Assembly (NCBI GenBank): GCA_041687035.1
Contig: JAWLCS010000007.1
Location: 3,793-67,792 of the forward strand
From: Bacteroidales bacterium
GTDB lineage: Bacteria > Bacteroidota > Bacteroidia > Bacteroidales > UBA7960
Direction: 5' to 3'
Length of the DNA: 64,000 nucleotides
Shown piece after piece: positions 59,631 through 64,000 of the stretch. The position numbers were made by a program, and so were the translations under genes. Each line of letters starts with the position of its first letter. Positions within the stretch are counted from its first letter, which is position 1. The notes under the pieces are model-generated. The model was not told where the DNA came from and searched no databases. It saw only the letters and a program-made list of their open reading frames with translations.

Positions 59631-62502
59631 TACCAAAAAGCAATTGGAATCCTGTGTAATCAATATTTGGAAGGTGATAAATCCTTAATCCAAGATCTAT
59701 TGGGCTTACGAACCTGAAAAAGTGTATATTCCCAACCACATCAACCCCTGTTGAATAAAGCACATCCTCATTATAATAGTCAGGCCCTTCTTCCGGCCTT
59801 ACCATGAATTTGGTGTCGGCACGGTCGACAAAAAAGTTGGCGCTGATCCTTTTCAGGTAAAACACCTGCGGTATGCTCAGGTCGGGATACCACAGCGGCA
59901 GGGCATAATCGGCCGAAAGCACGCTGACACGATCGTCGAAGCGCCCTGAAATCCCCCGGGGATAAGCGATAAGGTTCGGGAAGTTGTAATTCACTGTGCC
60001 TTGCACTGGGTTGCCTGTCTGCTTTTTTTGCCAGGCTGCTGACAAGCGCAGGGAGTGGTGCCGCATCAGGCCGGGGAAGTAGCCTATGAGGCGGGCCGAA
60101 AAGACGCTGCCCATATCAGCTCCCGAAAATGGCGTATGCCGGTAATTGACATCCAACACCTGTGCCCAGCGGGGGCGCATATCGCGCATTACTGAGCGCT
60201 GCTGACGGTAAGCATACAAACGGTACTCGAGCGATCGGATATCGTTTCGCTGAAAAAAATCAGGGCTGCCATCGGTACTGCGCACATTTGTAAACGCCAG
60301 GCGGGCAGAGGGATTAACACCATATAGCCACTCGTAACGCCTATAAGAAAGCGGCAAACCCAGCCCCAGTCTGAATGTATTTTCCCTGAAATGAAAGGAA
60401 TAGGAAACACCTTCCCTGCTGTAACTTGCGCGCCTCAGACCGGTACCAGCATTAAGGCTCACCACAGGGTACCAGCCCTGGTAGCTGTATTCGACCGAAT
60501 AGGTTCCCACTTCTTCGTTCATGTCGTATTCATAGCCAACCACAGCCACAGAAGTGCTCAGCACATCCTGAAAGTAAAGGGCGGCACCTGGTTTAACCTC
60601 CATATTACCGGCATCGATATACATGGGCGACCAGGAGTGAAGGTTAAAAAGGTTTGGGAGCTTATAAAAGGGTTGTACTTCCCTTTCACTCCTTTCGACT
60701 GTATTGCGGGTAACAAGCGCCTGCTCCTGCCCGGCTATTATTTCATGAAACTTTACGGAATGGTCTTCCACCTTTTCAAGTGGCAAAGCACCTTTCATTA
60801 CCTCGGCATCAGCACGGGCAATGGCATATCCATCGGCAGTATATTCCGACCAAAAAACTGCCTGCTGCCCGGGCTGCACAACTGCATCTCTTGCACCGTA
60901 AGCCGAAGCAATCACCTGCTCAACGGTTCCGCTTTCCGGATCGAGCTGGTAAACCTTTTCCAAGCCTGAGAAGGCCCCGGTAAATAACACCTTGCCTTCC
61001 GGCGTAAAAGTCGGACGGGAGATCTCGGTGTGCCTTGCATGAAAAACTGTTTTAAACTGCTGCGATTGCATGTCGGCCATAACAATCCGCTTCCCACTTA
61101 CATCGAGGGCAACGGCAATCAGGGTGTTGTTCTCAGGGTGCCAGGCAGGGGTCATAATAAAGGCATTTTCTTCGGTAATGATCCGGCTCAGCTCCTCGCC
61201 TGTTTCGGCGTTTAATATCACCAGCGAGTAATGATTCTGATCGGTCACTTCAGCCACGGCGATCAGCTCTCCTTCGCGCGAAACGGCTGGTGCAAAGAAG
61301 CGGGTTCCTCGCGTAATTCGCTTGCGCTGCCCCGTTTGCATGTCGTACACATGAACCTCCGACCAGGAACGGTGCTCCCAGCGGGGGTCCGGTCGCTGTT
61401 CAGTCCAGACAATTTTTCCGGCTCCGGCCGAAAAGCCATGGGCATTGATAAACCCGGGCGAAAAAAGTACTTGCTCCCTGCCCTGCATGTCAATGGCCAC
61501 CACCCGCGGAATTTCACGGAAACCGGTTTTGAGCGCCACCAGCACCGAGTCATTTACAAAAGATGGATAACGATAGTTGGTAAACAACTTGTGCTGAGGA
61601 CTGATCAAAGTTCGGGGTGTCGGCTCGTTGCGGGCATCCTGCTGCCGCCAGGCCGAATCGAGCATTTCGAAGGTTTGTTTGTAATGCTGGACAGCTGTAA
61701 CCCCGGCATGCCTTTTCAAGCCCAGCGAGAAAGGCACCAGGGTATAAGGGCGTCGAGCCACATTGTCGACCACCTTATCCCAGATATCTTCACCGTATTG
61801 CGCGCGGCCGGCAGCCACCAGCTGGTAGCCCAGCTCGTAATAATTGGGCACATAATCCTTAAACGAGCCCATGTATGCCTTGTCGTAAGAGTAAAACCCT
61901 TTCTCAAGCACCTGTGCGCGCAGGCCCTGCTCAAAATCAGGCAGGCGGCCACGGCCGCTTTTCGAAAGGCCGGTTTCAACAGCCACTGCATCGCCTTCCA
62001 CAAACCACATGGGCATAAAAAGCCCGAAGGAGATGCCAGTAGCCTGCTCGCCCATCAAATACGATAGCACCTTTGTAATGCCTTGATTGAGCTTATCGAC
62101 TTGTACCACGTGGCGGAACTCATGCACTACCAGCTGATCGAGCCAGTCGTGAGAGTCGTTGTCCTGGGGCGGGTTGGTAAACATTTCGAGGCGGCGCGGC
62201 GCCCAGGAAACAAAGCCATTGGCAACCACGGTCTGGTTGTGCAAAATGACCGAAACCTTACGGGGCTGATGCCCCAGGGTGCGCGAGGCAGCCACATAAG
62301 CCGCTTCGAGGGCATCGGCCACATAGGTTCCCTGCTCCTCATACCCTTCCGGGAAAAGGACCTGGAAGTTTTCGGTTCGCACCTGTTTCCATTTTAGCGA
62401 GCCGGGATCTTGTCCCCAGATAAAATACTGGGCATTGAGCAGAAATGAAAAGAGCAATAAAGCCAGGCCGATGGTTATGGATTTAAAACTGTTTGCTCGC
62501 AT
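59620..62502 (-). CDS. large secreted protein: MA-type peptidase-like (HExxH) domain, beta-propeller region, C-terminal beta-barrel-like region
   Basis: Signal peptide. HEFRH (residues 127-131) with downstream WFVEGDA. The middle has PD40/TolB-like repeats. The C-terminal ~330 aa have alternating strands ending LLFGINF. Confidence 0.65.
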   Translation of the reverse strand: MRANSFKSITIGLALLLFSFLLNAQYFIWGQDPGSLKWKQVRTENFQVLFPEGYEEQGTYVADALEAAYVAASRTLGHQPRKVSVILHNQTVVANGFVSWAPRRLEMFTNPPQDNDSHDWLDQLVVHEFRHVVQVDKLNQGITKVLSYLMGEQATGISFGLFMPMWFVEGDAVAVETGLSKSGRGRLPDFEQGLRAQVLEKGFYSYDKAYMGSFKDYVPNYYELGYQLVAAGRAQYGEDIWDKVVDNVARRPYTLVPFSLGLKRHAGVTAVQHYKQTFEMLDSAWRQQDARNEPTPRTLISPQHKLFTNYRYPSFVNDSVLVALKTGFREIPRVVAIDMQGREQVLFSPGFINAHGFSAGAGKIVWTEQRPDPRWEHRSWSEVHVYDMQTGQRKRITRGTRFFAPAVSREGELIAVAEVTDQNHYSLVILNAETGEELSRIITEENAFIMTPAWHPENNTLIAVALDVSGKRIVMADMQSQQFKTVFHARHTEISRPTFTPEGKVLFTGAFSGLEKVYQLDPESGTVEQVIASAYGARDAVVQPGQQAVFWSEYTADGYAIARADAEVMKGALPLEKVEDHSVKFHEIIAGQEQALVTRNTVERSEREVQPFYKLPNLFNLHSWSPMYIDAGNMEVKPGAALYFQDVLSTSVAVVGYEYDMNEEVGTYSVEYSYQGWYPVVSLNAGTGLRRASYSREGVSYSFHFRENTFRLGLGLPLSYRRYEWLYGVNPSARLAFTNVRSTDGSPDFFQRNDIRSLEYRLYAYRQQRSVMRDMRPRWAQVLDVNYRHTPFSGADMGSVFSARLIGYFPGLMRHHSLRLSAAWQKKQTGNPVQGTVNYNFPNLIAYPRGISGRFDDRVSVLSADYALPLWYPDLSIPQVFYLKRISANFFVDRADTKFMVRPEEGPDYYNEDVLYSTGVDVVGNIHFFRFVSPIDLGLRIYHLPNIDYTGFQLLFGINF

Positions 62503-62520
62503 TTTAAAGTTTTTTCCAGG

Positions 62521-63231
62521 TTAAACATCATTCACCTCTTTTTCAAAAAACTGCCAAAGGGTATCTTCGGGCACAGGAGCGATAATTTCCAACTTTTCTT
62601 TTTTTACAGGGTGAAGAAAACTTAAGTAACGGGCGTGCAAATGTATGCTGCCGTCGGGATTGCTGCGATCGAAACCGTACTTCAGGTCGCCTTTTATGGG
62701 GCAGCCGATGGCAGCCATCTGTGCACGAATCTGATGGTGGCGGCCCGTTAGCAACTCCACTTCGATCAGGGCATAGTTCTGCGCATGCTTCAGCACCTGG
62801 TAAACCAATTCAGCTTTTTTTGCTCCCGGGGTTTTGGCATCAACCACATACGATTTATTTTGCTTCTCATTTTTCCGCAGGTAATGCTCAAGCCGGCCGG
62901 CGGGTTCAGAGGGCACATTTTTCACCACCGCCCAATATTTTTTTATTACTTCACGGGTCTTAAGCAGTTCATTAAGCCGGGTCAGGGCTTTGGTAGTGCG
63001 GGCAAAAATTACCAGTCCGCTTGTAGGGCGGTCGATGCGATGCACTACCCCAAGAAAAACATTGCCGGGCTTATTGTATTCTTCGCCAATATACTCTTTA
63101 AGCGCCTCAACCAAAGGCTGGTCGCCGGTTTTATCACCCTGCACAATTTCCGAAGGCATTTTGTTCACCACAATAATGTGGTTGTCCTCAAAGAGGATAC
63201 GTCGCTTCAGATCATCCTGATTAATGGCCAT
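62521..63231 (-). CDS. RluA family pseudouridine synthase
   Basis: Catalytic motif HRIDRPTSGLVIFA and GRHHQIRAQ. I set the start at ATG 63231 because the longer ORF runs through the upstream terminator. Confidence 0.85.
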   Translation of the reverse strand: MAINQDDLKRRILFEDNHIIVVNKMPSEIVQGDKTGDQPLVEALKEYIGEEYNKPGNVFLGVVHRIDRPTSGLVIFARTTKALTRLNELLKTREVIKKYWAVVKNVPSEPAGRLEHYLRKNEKQNKSYVVDAKTPGAKKAELVYQVLKHAQNYALIEVELLTGRHHQIRAQMAAIGCPIKGDLKYGFDRSNPDGSIHLHARYLSFLHPVKKEKLEIIAPVPEDTLWQFFEKEVNDV

Positions 63232-63303
63232 GTTTGGAGTTCTTTTTTTCCAGGACACAATCCCCGGAACTAATATTCCATCAAATTTATGAATAAAGTG
63301 TAT

Positions 63304-63354
63304 TAAAAAGAGAAACCGCAACACCCTGAGCATTGTTTTTCAGGCGCATTGCGG
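63304..63354 (-). terminator. rho-independent terminator of the ferritin-like gene
   Basis: On the minus strand, a 14-bp stem (ccgcaatgcgcctga / tcagggtgttgcgg, one bulged G) is followed by tttctcttttt. Confidence 0.7.
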
Positions 63355-63377
63355 CTTCAGCTAAGTTTCATGCCCGA

Positions 63378-63884
63378 CTAGAAAGGCCAGAAGTTATTGT
63401 CGTACCAAACTTTTTCGGTCAGCTCCTTATTCAGTTCGATGAGCATTTTATGGTGTCCTTTTTCCCAGTTGGCCAGCCAGTCGTACAATTCCTTTTCGTT
63501 GGCATCGGTGGTCTCTATAGCCCTGGCGGCATACACCTCAATGGATTTGGTTTCCATGTCGATGGCGGCCGAAATGGCGGCTGCTTCAAAACCAGCACCC
63601 GAAATATCCTTCTTTACCTTTTCCGAGAGAATCATATTGGCAATGGCATCTTCGCCTTCCGACTTCTGAAGCTCGAGCTTGTCGAATTTGCCCGACTTCT
63701 GAAAGCTGACATACTGCTTCGAAAGAAACTCAATATGAAGCTGTTCTTCTTTGGCCATGATATCGAAAATCTTACGCACGTCTTCGCTCTTGGTCTGCTC
63801 AGCCACTTTTTCGTAGAGCGACTTGCCCCTGTTTTCCATAATAATGGCCTGCTTTAAAATATCGGTAACCTTGTTGCTTTCCAT
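63378..63884 (-). CDS. ferritin-like / rubrerythrin-family di-iron protein (no rubredoxin domain)
   Basis: Two E...ExxH half-sites are present (MENRGKSLYE...KEEQLH and METKSIEVY...WEKGHH). The start is set at ATG 63884 (MESNKV). Confidence 0.7.
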   Translation of the reverse strand: MESNKVTDILKQAIIMENRGKSLYEKVAEQTKSEDVRKIFDIMAKEEQLHIEFLSKQYVSFQKSGKFDKLELQKSEGEDAIANMILSEKVKKDISGAGFEAAAISAAIDMETKSIEVYAARAIETTDANEKELYDWLANWEKGHHKMLIELNKELTEKVWYDNNFWPF

Positions 63885-64000
63885 AATTATATTTTTTGAA
63901 TTTGAAATGAATTGTCCTGCAACAAATTTAGCCATTTTAGCGAATGCAGAAACCATAAAAATAAAGAAAGGAGCAAATATAGGCCTATGTGGCTGGACAA

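Overview
The window reads as a densely packed, core-chromosome segment of a Bacteroidota-type genome. I call 55 protein-coding genes. I found no rRNA, tRNA, CRISPR array, transposase, integrase or recognisable defence island.

Evidence for the lineage:
- TAnnTTTG -7 promoter boxes sit 20-55 nt upstream of many starts.
- There is a CarboxypepD_reg-type TonB-dependent receptor.
- An alternative complex III (ACIII) plus caa3 respiratory cluster is present.
- A Wza/Wzc polysaccharide locus is present.

Content, left to right:
- pgl-zwf
- A split carotenoid module: a fused CrtYcd-type cyclase and the CrtW ketolase
- dcyD-like and metX
- rfbD and UDP-xylose synthase
- A conserved unknown 483-aa protein
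- A TonB-dependent receptor
- parE and a GNAT acetyltransferase
- A glutamine-transaminase/omega-amidase pair, then pgk
- A hybrid histidine kinase plus a REC-adenylate-cyclase pair
- A tight 12-gene actABCDEF-sco1-ctaD-ctaE-ctaF-ctaC-ctaB respiratory array (22277..35416)
- A NirK-like copper protein fused to an amicyanin-like domain, and a membrane-tethered HMA protein
- Two envelope proteins, one an OmpA with a long acidic linker
- A GT2 plus flippase-like pair
- ruvC, a HIT protein and greA
- A 490-nt non-coding gap and several small lipoproteins
- ahcY, a PPTase, a GGGPS-family enzyme and lpd
- An asnB-GT4-wza-wzc-rfbC-wecA polysaccharide locus
- A 960-aa HExxH/propeller/barrel envelope protein
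- An RluA-family synthase and a ferritin-like protein

No obvious novel multi-gene system stands out. The items most worth following up are:
- The NirK-like/amicyanin fusion with altered active-site residues.
- The kinase/cyclase pair divergent from the respiratory operon, whose cyclase lacks the transition-state Arg.
- The 960-aa peptidase-like/propeller/barrel protein.
- A Rieske-like lipoprotein with a CxH...CxxC pattern.

All family assignments come from motif recognition by eye. No database search or alignment program was run.
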